Shown piece by piece: positions 26,719 through 40,377 of a stretch of 64,000 bases of DNA. Position 1 is the first letter of the stretch; each line of letters starts with the position of its first letter. Location of the stretch: positions 16,864,001 through 16,928,000 of the forward strand of contig OZ038378.1 in assembly GCA_964036045.1 (NCBI GenBank), read 5' to 3'. The notes beneath the pieces were generated by a model. It was not told the DNA's origin. It ran no database searches and saw only the letters and a list, made by a program, of their open reading frames with translations. A program made the position numbers and the translations under genes. The stretch is from Eutreptiella sp. 'Long Island Sound 2002' (lineage: Eukaryota; Protista; Euglenida).

Positions 26719-26889
26719 GTGACACAGCGCATCATCAGATTCAACGACACCCTGAGGGAGTTTTACGGACGGTGCCACGGGGGAAATATGCTGATCAACC
26801 CTCAGATCTTTCGGTGCAAGCCCCCCTATGGCAACTACGATTGCACCGACGACGATATTTTTATGAAGTTTGGGCAGGATTTCCAATTG
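26719..26889 (+). CDS. TBL/PC-esterase gene, probable internal exon
   Basis: VTQRIIRFNDTLREFYGRC...FGQDFQL. GTTCAG acceptor and GTGTGT donor, both phase 0. Confidence 0.6.
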
Positions 26890-28896
26890 GTGTGTGGCGT
26901 ATGCTGCATTCGATGCCCGTGCGCTTCATGAGTTCTTGAGTGCGAAGTACCCCTCCTTTCCTTGCGACCAGCATCCGCCACCAGGCAGTACATGTATGGT
27001 GTATGCAAACTCTGCCCCCCTCCTATCCCCCTACAGGCCGTCCGAAGGGGCACGAGGGTATTTGGTCCGCGCATTTGCGAAGGGAATAGGGTTAGGTTCC
27101 CCCGAGCTTCGCGAGGGGCCACTGATAACATGACCTAAATAAGCCCATCATGTGGCAGATTCGGGCTTTGCTCGGGTCGCCCCGGCTAATCCTCTTTGAA
27201 TCTACCACGTTTTCGTTCCCCCCACCATCCATGACGGGCCGTAGGGCCCTCGACAGGCCCAGATTGAAATCCAAACTACCCTTCATTCCCGGCCTCAAGC
27301 TCTTTGCTATTCTTCGCCCTCTGCCTAACATTAAGCGCTTGTTCAGGCGCTGGGCCTTGCGCGCGCTCCAGCAGCCCATTGGGTCATGACGCGCGTGCCT
27401 TCTCCTGTGGCTATATGTTTTGGCGCTATTTGTCGATTTGTCTATTTTTTGGGCCTGCCGGATTGATTTTTGTTTGTTTTCAGCTGATGAGGGCTTAATT
27501 TAAGCCGAAACGCGTACTGTTGGGGACGCCGCTTATCCAGGATTCTGTGATCGCATTGCATTGCTTCTTGTGGGCTTGTATTGCTACCTGTGGGTGTGAA
27601 TTGAGGTCTTGAGGCTTCTTCCTGAACCATAGAGGGTATTTCAGCCAAAGGCATTTATTTTTCAAAAGTGCATAAGCCAGATACAGGTGAATGTGCATGG
27701 CGATGTTGGACACCCCCGCCTACCCCACTACGAGGTGGGGTTTTTGAGTAAATACCCCCCACCGCTTATTTCGTCGGCAACCTGACCCTCTGTGGCCTAT
27801 TGCATGGGCGACGAACTCAAAAAAGCATGTTTTCAGAACGTTTTTAGATGGTTGGGTCACAGTATTGGGTCCCACGAAGGGGTAGGAAGATTTGGTTATG
27901 ACATCGCTGCTGATAGGATCCCGACCAGAGTACTAAAAAACCATTTTCGCCTACCCCCACACCACCCCTATGTACACTCAGTACCATAGTAATCTGGGGT
28001 ATTTGGCTCTCTCCTGTTCATTTCAACGTTTGGCAAACTAGTCTTCGGGGTGCAAAGGACTAGTTTTAAGGGTTTAAGGTTTAGTACGCTCATTAGGATC
28101 CTAGCAGTAGTGACACGATACCCTATTTGTCAATTATTTTTCTGCCCTCACACCGCCTCCCCACTGTTTCCATTGCCTTTGGAACCTATTTTTCTTGATT
28201 TCGCGTACAAAATCCCTGACCTACTGACCGACAAGGTTGGGGGAGGGTTCGCGCACCCCCAGACCAACTGGGAATCCAATCGGGGACCCTTCAGCATACG
28301 TTTTGCTGTTCTTCAAACTGAGGTAAGTATATGTAGCTGCTCATCCGACCAGTACAGGTGGTGCAGATGGGAGGCAGGCCATTGTCACCCGCAGCCCCCC
28401 CCCCCCACAGTAACAGACGGTAGTGGCGCACTGTACTGGCCCTGCTTGACGGGTCAGCTGGCCAGGGATCCAGATATTTATCTGGGCAAAATGGAGGCAA
28501 GTCGGGAGGATTGGGAGATGGAAGAAGTATCTGTTGGTTGACGGCTGGTGACCGGGAACCCCCTGGCCTTGTGTTACCTTCCACTTGTCTGCGGACACCA
28601 TTCAAGCAGCATGGTCTTGGAAGGGGCATTTGAGCCTGGCCGTGCCGGCACGTGATTAGACACAATAGGGGCACGGTCATTCTATGTACGTGGGAGGTAT
28701 TCTCTTCGGCACTGCAGTGCCTGGCTGGTCTTTCACAGAGGACCTTCTCAGACAGAATATCCAGTTGTCCGAAGCCCAAACACTGCAAACCCGAATCATC
28801 CGGTGCATTGAGTCTGTGAGGAGTGTGAGTGATTTCTTGCCCGTGGCTGGTGGTCCTTGGGACTCAGCTTGTACACTTCGCCCCTCCCTCGTGCAG

Positions 28897-29463
28897 TTGT
28901 CCAAGTGGAGATCCGGTAGATTCAGTGATCTGAATCATATTGCGAAGCGTGCCAACGTCTCAAACTGGCCACATTCTGTGGATGTTGTCCTGAGCAATTC
29001 ATGGGAACCCGAATTCCGGCAGGAAATCGCACAAATGGGCTGGAATGGTACGTACATTTACTTTTCAGGGCGAGGGACTAGGCGGTGGACCCCGCTCACT
29101 CTGTCCCTGCCATACGCACGCAACGATGCGCGCGTGACCAACAAGGCTGTCTGTGTGGATCATCATTGGTGTGTGCCCGGGCCATTCGACGACAGTGTGG
29201 ACCTCCTTCTGGGAAAGATTGCGAATCCCACGGTGTGGGGGCCCATGCCGCAGCTGGACCCCGCCCTGTTCGGGAAGGTTACGAGCAAAAAGCCCCGGTG
29301 TCACCGGAAAGCCCGGGTATCGGTCTATGGCGAGAAGCTCATTCCAGTAGAAACCTTCGATAAATGGAAGACGGACCCCCATTGCAAAGGGTTTGAGCCG
29401 CTGTACGGGCCCAATGAGACGGAGGACGGCTTCACGTTTTTCAACAATTCATTCTTGGGCTAG
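28897..29463 (+). CDS. TBL/PC-esterase gene, terminal exon
   Basis: Acceptor CCCTCGTGCAG. Contains VCVDHHWCVPGPFDDSVDLLL, matching the DCxHWCLPGxxDxxxxLL C-terminal motif. Ends in TAG. Confidence 0.85.
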   Translation: MSKWRSGRFSDLNHIAKRANVSNWPHSVDVVLSNSWEPEFRQEIAQMGWNGTYIYFSGRGTRRWTPLTLSLPYARNDARVTNKAVCVDHHWCVPGPFDDSVDLLLGKIANPTVWGPMPQLDPALFGKVTSKKPRCHRKARVSVYGEKLIPVETFDKWKTDPHCKGFEPLYGPNETEDGFTFFNNSFLG

Positions 29464-30479
29464 AGACTTCGGCGTTGCGTTCTTCCCCAAAGAGCGCCGC
29501 ATGCGCTCCAGGGGGCGATCAGACAAGTGCAATTCGTGGAGATGGAGCACGATCGGATTGCGTCCAGCAGCAGCGTTGACACATGAAGCACTCCGTGTTA
29601 CCTCAACCGAAGAGCTGACCTGTCAGGGCCATGCACGATATGAAGCCAAACCCCCTGCCCCCCTAACTGAGAGGTGGGGTGGGGTGGGGTGGGGTTGCGG
29701 TGTTCAGAGGGGGGGGCGGTCTGTAGTTTGTGGACACTGTCAGCCACAAGTAGACGCGGCCTGCTATTTGTAGACACTGTCATCATCTTGTAGACGCAAA
29801 AAGACAATATTAAGTTCTCAAAATGAGTTCAGTCGCGACGTTTACCCGTCCTGTGTGGGCGGGGCAAGGGTGGGTGCTTAACCAGGGGGGGTGGCTGCTT
29901 AACCGGGGGGGGGGGATAGGGCTGGTTAGGGGGCGACTTCGTGCCAAATATCATCAGAGTGTTTTGGCCCCCTGTGCAACGGACTTGGGGCTGCAGGCCA
30001 CCACTTACCGTGTCCAGTGTGTGGGGGTCTGGGAGGGACTGTGGGTGGGTGAATGGTTCTTGGCATTCTATGCTCCAGCCAGGCCCAAGTTGCACGAGTA
30101 TTGCAGGGCTTTGGGCGTTGTGCCTCCTGTGGACACTCTAACCTCGGTCCGTCTGGGCTGAGCTGTCCCAGCCCAGGGTCAAACCAAGGCCACAGACCAT
30201 GCACCCCATGGCAGAGTGCGTGGTGTCATCTCTGAATGGGACATGTGAGTGGATGATGCTAGGATACGGCGATGCTAACCCAGAACTGCAAACTCTTGTC
30301 GCCACACAAATGTGCTGGTTGTCGCGTGATTCCCTATTGTTCTGATCAAATCTCACCCACAAAGGACAAGAAAGGGTAAAACGGGGTGAAAATTGCCTAA
30401 ATTGCTGGTACCATTAAGCACCAAGGCCCTGAATACCACAAAGTATGGGTCTCTGGTACAGAACTGCAAGAACAGTGCG

Positions 30480-30900
30480 CACATTGCTCTCACAATGCAC
30501 CTTGTGCCCCTATCCGGAGCCCCAGACGCTGGTGCTCATCACCTAGAGCCCCCCTGCCTGCTCCAATGTCAGGAGCACCAGTAACCTCTCCCCCCACCAC
30601 CCAGATGGATTCAAAGCTGTGGCGCACACCTACCAACACAAGAGCCTCCTTGCCCCAACCATCATCATTGACGACTTCAATGCAGCGCCCACACAAGGTG
30701 ACTCGGCCACAGCAGGTGACTGAGTAGGACAAACGGTGGTGTGGCCCTGGGGCAGGTAGCAGCGATGGGGCAGAGGTTGTTGGCTCCAAAATGGGGGTTC
30801 TGTACCATTTTGGGGGTGCAGTAATCCATGGGTGCACAAGAATTCTCAAAGTTCGTCAACCAGATTCCCCTGATTGATCCTGGACAGTGCGCGCTGCTCT
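30480..30900 (+). mobile_element. Decayed APE-type endonuclease of a LINE
   Basis: PTIIIDDFNA (30655-30684) matches the APE IIxGDFNA motif. FSKFVNQIPLIDP follows; the frame is broken by stops. Confidence 0.55.
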
Positions 30901-33900
30901 CGCTGGTATTACGGCCAGTTTTCCAAAGTTTCAAACGGAAGCAAGCAACCATTCCTCTGACCCAAGTCCACACACCGATGTCAAAAATACAGCTGTTAGG
31001 TTTGGGTTTTATGGGGGGGGCGTCCTGCAGCCTCTCATTTGCAACAGCCTACGAAAGTTGGGCCCCTGCTTCGTCAGTGTTGGCTTAATGTCAAAGCACA
31101 TCCGCCAGGACCCCCCCCCCCGCCACTGTAATGTGTTTGCAGCTGCAGAAGATCTGCCCGCCCTCACCAGCCATTCACAGGCCTCCTGCCGGGAAGACTT
31201 GCAGGTAGGCCCCGCACACAAGGGCAAGTGATTGGAGGCAACACAGATAATTATTCTTTGAATGCAACAGTCACCCCCCCCGAAAAAACCCCCCCGCCGC
31301 GTCAGTACTGCAGGTCTCTCTTTGCCCAAAATCCCTCCTTCCTGTGGCTTGTCCACAGATTTGTGGGGTTGTACTGTAAATGTGGTGTGTGGGACTCCTC
31401 GAACGCACAAGCTATGCACCCGCAGCAGCCCATGGACTCCTGCGAGTGCAGGTTCCACACTGGGCCTGGCAGCAATGTTGGCAGCAGGCCTGTCTGCAGG
31501 CAGCCTGCATGCTGGCCATGGTATTGCGGTGCATTTCATTGGCACGCCCACAGTAATCTCAAACACACTTCATGCGCACACATCGCCTTGTAGCCCCACC
31601 TTGAAATCTGGCGCTTCCGGTTTTTTGCGTTTGGCATGTTCAAAGCAAAGGGCAGTCACAAGGCCAGGCAGGAAGCGCCCCCGCCATAGGGCTCCCTGCA
31701 CGACATCGGGTTTTTCGTTTGACTGCTTCACGTGCGAACATTGTTACCCACGGAGAGCCGTACTCAGTGGTCCCCACGTGCATGCTTCATCTTGCACTGG
31801 TTCGCTGCAGCGCAACGCCTACTCATGGTGGTGCTTGTGATTACCCCCTTCCTCCCTGCACTTTGCACATGTGAGCATGCCGACACGCAGCAGCGCCCTC
31901 GCTACTGCAGCCACTTGTGGCTCACCATGCTCCTGCCTTGAGCCCTACATCACAACATGCACATACCCTTTTGACTGTGTACTTGCTCTACCAACAAACA
32001 ATGCCAGCTGCACACGCTGCAACTACGGAGCAACGGGAGCTGGCAGCATTGCAGCACCAAGTGCACGTGTACATACCACTAGACGAGCTCCCGGTGGTCA
32101 CTTATCCTCTGTCTCCACCCCACGATTGGGGGTGGTCTTCCATCTTGGTTGGCACCACAGGTGGATTGCGCTGTCACCCCCGTCTAGGATGCTTGTGGAA
32201 GGGATAGGGGCAGACCTCCTGATTGCTGCCGCCAGCTCTGCCACCTGCACCATGTTCAGCAGCTGCTGGTCGCCGCGATCATGCCAAGGATTTTTCTTGG
32301 CGTTGCGGATAGCCTGCATTGGGGGTTTGGAGTGGGTGGGTGGGTCGTTGAGAGTTGACCCCCCCCCCCTCCCCCCTAGGGGTATGCCATGTGCGGATAG
32401 GTGGTTTGTGGCTGGTCAGACCCATTGTTTTTTATTGCGTGTCCGGGCCATAAGTCACTCGATTGCTCAGAAAAGCGGAATTGGAACGTAGCTCGTGCCA
32501 TTATGGCCCATTAGTGGGATGTGATGGTTTGATTGCTGGGTGGGGCATGGATCTTGCAGATGGTATTTAGTAACCCCCAGGTGTATGTCACACCGTGCTT
32601 AACAACCCCCAACCGCAGGTACTAACATGCTCAATAGTCCCAGGTCCAGAAAGCTGACTCCTCGTCTCCTTGCCTTGCCTCTTCTTGTGCATAAGGAGGT
32701 AGTCATCAGTCCTGTTAGGAGGCCTGTTAGGGGGTCTGCTTATGGACACTCGGCCTTGACTAGGTCCTGAATGCTGCTTTGTTAGCAGTAAAACGGTCCA
32801 GTCCAATACACATGAGCAAGCCAGTTGCATTTTCTCGGATTTAGCCAGCTCAATCAACATGACTGATTATGATGATGGGTTTTTTTTCCAAACTCAGCCA
32901 GGTCAGTCACCACGACGAATCGCAAAGTCCCCTGTGCTGCCTGCACTTACATTCAGCACTGTTGTCAGCAGCACCAAATGTAAACCCCTTGCACCCCCCC
33001 CTGCCCCCCTTGCAATCTCCCCCTCTTGGATGGGGGGGGGGGCGGGGAAGTCACTTGGCAGTTTTTCTGTTCTGGCTTCAGATTGTTGTTTTTTGTTTAA
33101 CCTTCTGGTGCCATTTAGGTGAAGCGGCCCAAACCAAACGTTGTGCTCTGAGTACTCCTGAGGCGATGCCGCCCTTAGTGTTGAGTATTGATCCACAAGT
33201 TGGGACTGTCCTGTGGTCACTTGATGGCCATTGCCCCTTACCACAGCAAGGCGCAATTTCAAGGGAGGATAAGGCACCCTGCCTGCCCCACCCCTTTTGG
33301 ATTGGTGTCTCCCGGCGTCCGGCGGACACCTGCAATAATAATAAAAAACTCACTGCACATGGGGCGGTTAGCTAAACTTAATTTTACGGAATTCAACTTT
33401 GGTTTTGCGCAGACCCTGCTGGCCAATGCACTAAGGTAGGCAAACTGCAATTACCTCTGGAAGGGGTGGTCACCGTTTGCCTACCTGCCCTAGTGGGGGT
33501 GAGCAATCTCCGCAAATTCGGTCTGAAGTTCCCTGATTTTCGTGTACTTGCCTTGAGGGGAGCACACAGCGCAGCATAGCACCACAGCTAAACTCGTCGT
33601 TGGAATAGACCCTTTAGCAGATGCGCTAAGTTAGGGCAAGTGTGATCAACTATTGTGTTGCTCCACCACCCTGTCAACGCCCCCCCTCTTTCCCTCTACC
33701 GTGTTCTCCGCACACTCCCCTCCCCCCCCACGCCCAAGTAAACCCTGGGGCCGGTGACCTTGCTGTGATGTGGGGGCCTAAATGGCGTCAGGCCATCGCC
33801 AAGAGACCGGAGAAGGGAGTCGCACCGGCTGCTTAAAGATGCCCAACAGGCGGCACCCGGAGGGGGGGGGAGGCTGGTCGCCTCAAGTTGCCAGACTCCT

Positions 33901-36225
33901 CTCCTCCCCAAGCCCCTCCCCCTCTCTTCTTTGCACCCTGGTGCCCTGTTTGTCCTGCAGCACCCATAGTGTGTTGCCTCTAGTTGAGGTGCATGTACAT
34001 TGGTAGATCCCTCCCACCCTCCCTCCCCTCATCCCTCTAATGTGCCCGTTGGCACCCAAGGGGGGGCCTGGGTGCTTCAAGGTGCCTTGACGTTTTACGA
34101 CAATCCAAGGGCGGGGGGGGGGGGGGGGGGCTGGGCTGCTTAAAGTTGCCTGCCATCGGTGCACTCAAGTTCGGTGCGCAAGGGGGGCCTCCCGCACTTC
34201 AAATTGCCGCTGGGAGGGGTCCCGGTGGCTGTTGTTGCCCGTCGAAGGAATAACTCGATATGCGAAATTGGTTGGGACATTGAGCAGCCAGAGCTTCACG
34301 CTTGGGTCCCGGGGAGCCACCCCTCGCAAAGCTCAAGTCATCCATTTAGCCAGCCAGCCACCCCTCCCCTCCCCCCTCGTTGCAACCTCTCACACACCCC
34401 TCGTTGATAGGCCTGCGCACTGCACAGTCACCCTTGACGAGGTGGCCTGTGCCCAGGCAGCCTGACAGAGCATCCCCACCCCCACCCACCCACCGCGCCC
34501 TCCCGCCACTTGCCCCTTCCATCCTCTGTTATCACACGATGGGAGGGGAGGGGCAAGACAAGGTGGGTGGGCAGCAGGTCCCACTAACTTTGTTCCGTCG
34601 CGCATGGTCCCACAACCTCACCCTGTAAATACCACAAAAGGTGTTGTGTCATCAGGAAGATGGAAAAGGGGGATACCAGGAGAGTGGGGCGTGAGCGTCC
34701 AGTAGGGTCCCGGCTTGTGCCAAAGGAAGGGATCCTTGAATCTCCGCCCCAAAAGTAACACCCTGCCCCAACAGTAAAGCCCCCGCCCCCCCCAAGGTCC
34801 AAGACAATGGACTCAAAAGTAGGACCCCCTATTGAGTCCCTGGGACCCTCACTGCCAATGCTGCCACCCTCAGCAACTCTTAAGATTTTCAGTAGTGTCC
34901 TCATCAACATCCAGCACCAAGTTCATCTGCTAAGGCTGTTCACCATCAACAGGAGCGTCCACAACGTCAACAACTTCAACACCTGAGTCATCGAATGACT
35001 CTACCTTGTCAATGGTGTCATTTTCCTCCAACAGCATCTAAAAGAATGAGCTCAAGCATTCTGGTGGCAAAGGCAATAGGTTGATCCAAAGGTAAGACCT
35101 CCCCAGAAAGTGAGACCCCTTTCCTGAGACCCATTGGGACTCAGGAACTTGCTAGACCAAAAGTAAGACCCAACACCAAGAGCAGCGACCATCGCTGCTA
35201 TAGATCACGTGATTTGTCGCCACCAGTAGCAAACCAAAGCTTGTCGTGTGCTGTTGTGTTTCGCTGTCTGTGTGTTTGATTCGTGGCTGGTTTGTTGCTG
35301 GCTGTCTGCTGTGCACTTGTGTGTCATAGTGTACTGCTGTCTTGTGTTGATTCGGAGAGACCGCAAAGAACCTCAGAGAACAAGTAGGAGCTCCCACAGG
35401 GGCAACCCTGGAAACACAAAAGGGAGACTCAGACTCAGCAGCCACAGATTGATGCTGACACTTGGCTGCAGGAGGCACGGCAGGCCAACAACACTGATGC
35501 CATGCAGTGGCCCACTTGCACCACATTCCAACAATCAACCACCACAGAGGGGTCCACCAAAAAGCCACACCTACTCCCAAACCTGAACACGTTGTGGACC
35601 CACTCCCAAACCCTCCTTGAGGACCTTGCTACCACTTCTGCGTAGCGCCTGCACCGTAGGTACACGGCCCACATACACCGATTGACAATGCACACAAAAA
35701 CACATGGCAAGCATGTGTACTACATGCTGCACCAACGAGCAGAATGGGTCCTTAGGGAGCGCACGGCATAGGAGACATACTTGGCCATGTGTGACCACTA
35801 CATGACAAAAACAAGAACCATGCAACAAACCTTGTTCTTCAAACACAAACGCCCCAGGGAGGAATGGGACCCCACATTGTGGGAAATCCCGCACCATCGC
35901 AAACATGCCCAAATGCTTAAAGGCGCATTGGGAACCTAGTGAGTGGGAGATCCAGATCAATTGATTCCAGCATCCACAAGGAAACCATGGGGGAACAGCC
36001 AAGAGTTAATTCCTGTCTGCTCACCTAGGTACAGCCGAAGCCTGTATTCCCTTGCCTTTGCGGCCCATGGCACTTTCTTGATGGCCCTCGACAAAAAAAA
36101 GGCTGGTCGGCGTTTGTTGCTGGAGGGAAGGGGGCGGCTAAAAGTGCCCTGTGCTCCAGCCAAGCAGCAGGCAAGTATCCCTACACTAAGGCCGCAAGTG
36201 GAGTGTGTGGGTCGGGTGGACCTGC

Positions 36226-36567
36226 GGCACTCTCCATTTGAATCTTTGGGGAAACAACGCTGGGGCCAGTGGTGCGCAAGCCCTTTCAGGGCTGAAGGAA
36301 GCACCTGCGCTGCACAGTCTGAATTTAAATCTCATATTGAACAACCTAGGAGACAATGGTGCAGAAGCCACTCTGCATTTGAAGCTGGGGAGCAACAACG
36401 TAGGAGACAATGGTGCGCAAGCCCTTTCTGGGCTGAAGGAAGCACTTTCGCTGCACTCTGTCTATTTGAATCTCAGGGACAACGATTCGGGAGCCCGTAG
36501 TGTACAAGCCCTTGCAGGGCTGCGGGAAGCACTTTCGCTGCATACTCTGCAATTTATCCTCCTTTGA
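36226..36567 (+). pseudogene. RNI-like (about 28-aa) leucine-rich repeat fragment
   Basis: Three to four repeats of LHxLxLNLxxNxxGDxGAQALxGLKEA. One repeat has an internal deletion; the frame ends in a stop and no linked exons were identified. Confidence 0.75.
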
Positions 36568-37356
36568 TAGTTGCATTGTAAGCCTTTTGTTGGTGCTGCA
36601 GGCATCACGTACCACTGTAATGCAGACGTGGAATAGAGTTGATTGCATTTTTGTCTCTCTATCCATTCAGTGATATGTGGTGAGCAATAATCTGTGCCAG
36701 ATGTGTTGTGTCTGTCGTGGTCAGGGCGGCATGCATTAGCAGTTCAATGTTGTGATCCTCATACAGGCGAAGCCTAGGAGACCTGATGGACTGACTATCA
36801 GGATACGTTGCAGAATTAGATGACCATCTCCCGACAGTCTACCCAAAAGAAGTCAAATCGCTTTGAGAACAAGAACACAAAGCAAGGCATACACGAAGGC
36901 AGGCCTCTCAAATCAAAGCATGCGTGCAACAGTGAGGATGCATAATTGCAGCGAAAAACAATGACAAAACCGTTGCACAGAGACTTTCAAAACAAGACAA
37001 ACAGACTACATATGGGGGGCGGGGGGGGGGGGGAGAAGGAAGGTAATTGTGGGCCTGTAGTGGTTCTGTAACCCCAGCAGTCTGGTATAGGAGTCGGTTG
37101 GAGAGGGTTGGGTGAGGGTTGGTGAGGCTCACCTTCACCACAGGCCTCCTGTGCCATCTTCCCAGCGAGCCAACTGGAGGTGTTGTGCCATGGGGTGGTA
37201 GTGGGAGCTGGGTCGGGTGTGTTCTTTGGAAAAGCTTCTTGGCAACCCTGTCGCCGATGCTGCGAACCATGTAGTAAGGCCTTGTGTTCTTGAACACGCT
37301 TGCCCCCCTCACCTTGGAAGTGACTCTATTGTGTGCTGCAGATTGGTTCTCATGAC

Positions 37357-37417
37357 ATGAATTGTATTGTAAAATGGTTGATATTATTATGGTGGCTGGC
37401 TGAAACTGCTTCTCAAG
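37357..37417 (+). CDS. Large surface protein gene, exon 1 (signal peptide)
   Basis: MNCIVKWLILLWWLAETASQ. An upstream TGCTGCAG could be a trans-splice acceptor. The phase-1 donor fits exon 2. Confidence 0.5.
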
Positions 37418-38655
37418 GTCTACTCACCAACTGTCTCTGTTGTGTGCTGTTCTCATTGGTATTTTCCCGTCCGTTGACAACATCAACGGCCGCTATGCAC
37501 CACTCCTTTCAACCACCAAAGGAAGAACAACTGGGTTTCATGGACACAACGACGAAGCCACAACCACGAAAGGACGTGGCGTAATGGCACGGGGACGGAA
37601 GAGTGGCCAGAAACCATAGTGTTGTGGGTGACAGTGGAATGCTACCGCTCACAATTGCAGCCTGCTGCTCCCTGTGGCCTCCACTCCCTGCCAGGGCTGG
37701 CAAACAGAAGGACCGCTTCCGTAGGGAAGCACATACGCGTGCCGGTGTAGCAAGGTCACTTCTCCCGTCTGACACGAAGATGGCAGCAGTACCATGCCCC
37801 AGGCCTTCGATGGCAACCAGGACCCTTCACACAAGCCGCGGCGCATGTGGTGTAAGGTCCTACCCAAACCCGAACCCAAAACCGATGAAAGCGGTGGGCA
37901 CATATCAACCGGTAGTGACATGTGTGACAACCGGGACGGGATAGCAATTACTGAGAGACAAGACGGTCAGCAAGACAGGCAGGCAGGCAGACAGAGGACG
38001 GACAGACAGCCGCGTTCTCTGTGCTTGTCTTTCTACACCTCCTCCCTCACTCCCCAAATTTCCACAAATGAAGTTGAGCAACAAAAGCAGGCTACACAAA
38101 AGACGTGGCGCTGGGCACCAGTTGTTGCGGCATGCGCCTTTTCTACCCGGTGGGGAGGTAGCAAGGAGCAGGGTTGAAAAGCTCCTCCCTCGTGGGGTAG
38201 AAAAAAAGTGCGCAAGTCACCGATACCTTCGGGGGTGGACAATTTGCCCAGAAGTGGGGGTGAAGTCTGGCATCGGGTACTGATGAGGGTTGGGGGTGAG
38301 AGTGTTGAAGGGAATGGAGAAATCTAATGGGGAGGAGGTGGTGTGGGGTGTCTGATAAACGGGGGCTAGTCCAGGAAGGTAATGAGAGCACACGCAGTGC
38401 CCCCTTCTTTGTTGGGGTGTTCCACTCCCCATCAGTGTCTGGTGTGTGCAAATTGGAAAAATCTGAGTAAATTCTTGGCCCTGAGGGGGCGTGGTGAGGG
38501 GAACGCACCAGCGCCCCAGGGCGGGTACGTGCTCTAGAGACCCGCTGTCTCCGGCCTTATTCTCGGTGGTAGCGGCAGTGGGGGTCGTCCACTGTTGGCA
38601 CGTCTCTGGTGACACGCATCTTTAGTGACGTACATTCCACCTCTGCAAATTTCAG

Positions 38656-38775
38656 AGGACGAGGACTACCTCGCTGCATTCCAAGCGACTGGATGCCCGG
38701 CGACAATCACGCACGATGCGTCTGGTGCATTCCTGACGGAATGGGAGGTCAACCTGGGCTACTGGAAACGCAAGG
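38656..38775 (+). CDS. Large surface protein gene, exon 2
   Basis: (E)DEDYLAAFQATGCPATITHDASGAFLTEWEVNLGYWKRK. Acceptor TTTCAG, donor GTGAGG, phase 1 to phase 1. Confidence 0.55.
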
Positions 38776-40377
38776 GTGAGGCAAAGGCTTTGGCTGATAT
38801 GCTCAGCTATTGCAAACTGGTATCCAATGGCTTGGCGAGCGGAAGGCAGACGTTTATATGTTGTGGGTCGCAGCAACCTTGTACTGTTGACTGCTTCGAG
38901 CAATCCTCATTGACAGGTGTTTGTGCTGCTGCTGCGGCTGCCTTGTGCGCGATGTAGGGACAGTGTTTGCTGCCTTTCTTTCCCGGAAAAATAGCAGGCT
39001 GCCCAATAGCCCGCGATTGGCGGACAGCACCTGGCGATTACCGGTCAAGTGCTTGCAATTGCTTGGCGGCAACCGGCATTTGTCTCCCACCAACAACTGT
39101 TGGCCAAGATCCACAACCACAGGTCAATCGTCTCACGTGGTTGCTTACTTGCCAAAGGCCGTCCATTTAGAGCTGTTCAGTATCATGCACATTTTGCCTT
39201 GAGACCCGGACCGCCAACATGAGGTCTTCTTTGTTTGGTCCTGCCTCCCAGAAGGCAGAGGATGAATGGGGTGGTGTGGTTCTCAGGCAAAACGGGCTGC
39301 ATAGGCACATCGTCGTGTTTGGTTGGGACCCGATCTGGCAGCCAGTCTGCTGTGTGATTGAAATTCGGGGAAAAGGTTTCTGAGGGTGCACCAAATGGCA
39401 TGTACGCCCCCCCCCCCCCATTCTTGGGAAATAGCCACCTGTGTCTTCCCCCTGAGAGGAAGGGAATCTGTCCCCTTTGACTTTTCCAACTCTAAGTACA
39501 AGGGTGGATATTGATATTGAGGTCCTCCTGTGTGCCCGCTGGTTGGACGAGGCTGTTGTATTGGTGTAATTGTATTTCTTGCCGTCAAGGCAATACATTG
39601 TCCCCTGTTTCATGCAGAACACTTAGTTTTTCGCAATATCAGCCATGCATGTCGATCATATCCCAATATGACAGTGCCTGTCTCTCCGTGGACCTGAATA
39701 TGCACAGCAAACAATTTCCCGGTCAGTTTGTGGATCACATGCACTTCACGTGAGCATGTCTCTGCTTTGTGTCACAGGTCCTTTGTGTTTCCCCGGAGGG
39801 GGGCGTCATGTATGGGGGGAAAAGTTGAGCGCAGCCGGAGATTTCTCAAAGGGGGCCGGGGGCAACCGCAAGGACATTGTTCCTTCAGCAGATACAGAGA
39901 GGCATTCCAAGATCGATGCGCAGAGAGACGCACAGTTGACTCGTTCGACATGCTGTGAGGACACATGCTTTCACCAGCCCATTTGGATAGTACTAGTCCG
40001 TAGGATCGTAATGATGTGCAATGCACGGGACCCCAGAAGGTGTTTTGTGCAGACATAACGTGCCGTTTTGGCGCAAGTGACCACACCCCCCGGGGCGGCA
40101 TGTAGTCCTCAGAGGACTATGGGGGTCTGGTACTTTGCTCACCGAGTGGTCCTGGGGACCACAAACGCGGTGCTTGTGCTGCAGCCATCGTCCTGGCCCT
40201 CCAAGCCGCTTGACCTGAAGAAACGGCTGAGCCAAAGCCGGGCCAGTCGTTGCCAGTTCAGCATAAGTAGCACGAGCCTCGCCCCTCGCCCCCCCCCCCC
40301 CCTCCCCACTCAAAGACCGTTCATGGCCAGTCCGCCAGTCCTCTCTCTGTAGTGGGCCCTTCCACCGCCATTCCATT

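Noticed and set aside
28684-28896. N-terminal part of the 259-aa ORF as coding sequence
   Set aside because: It lies upstream of a strong acceptor at 28896 and shows no esterase similarity; probably intron.
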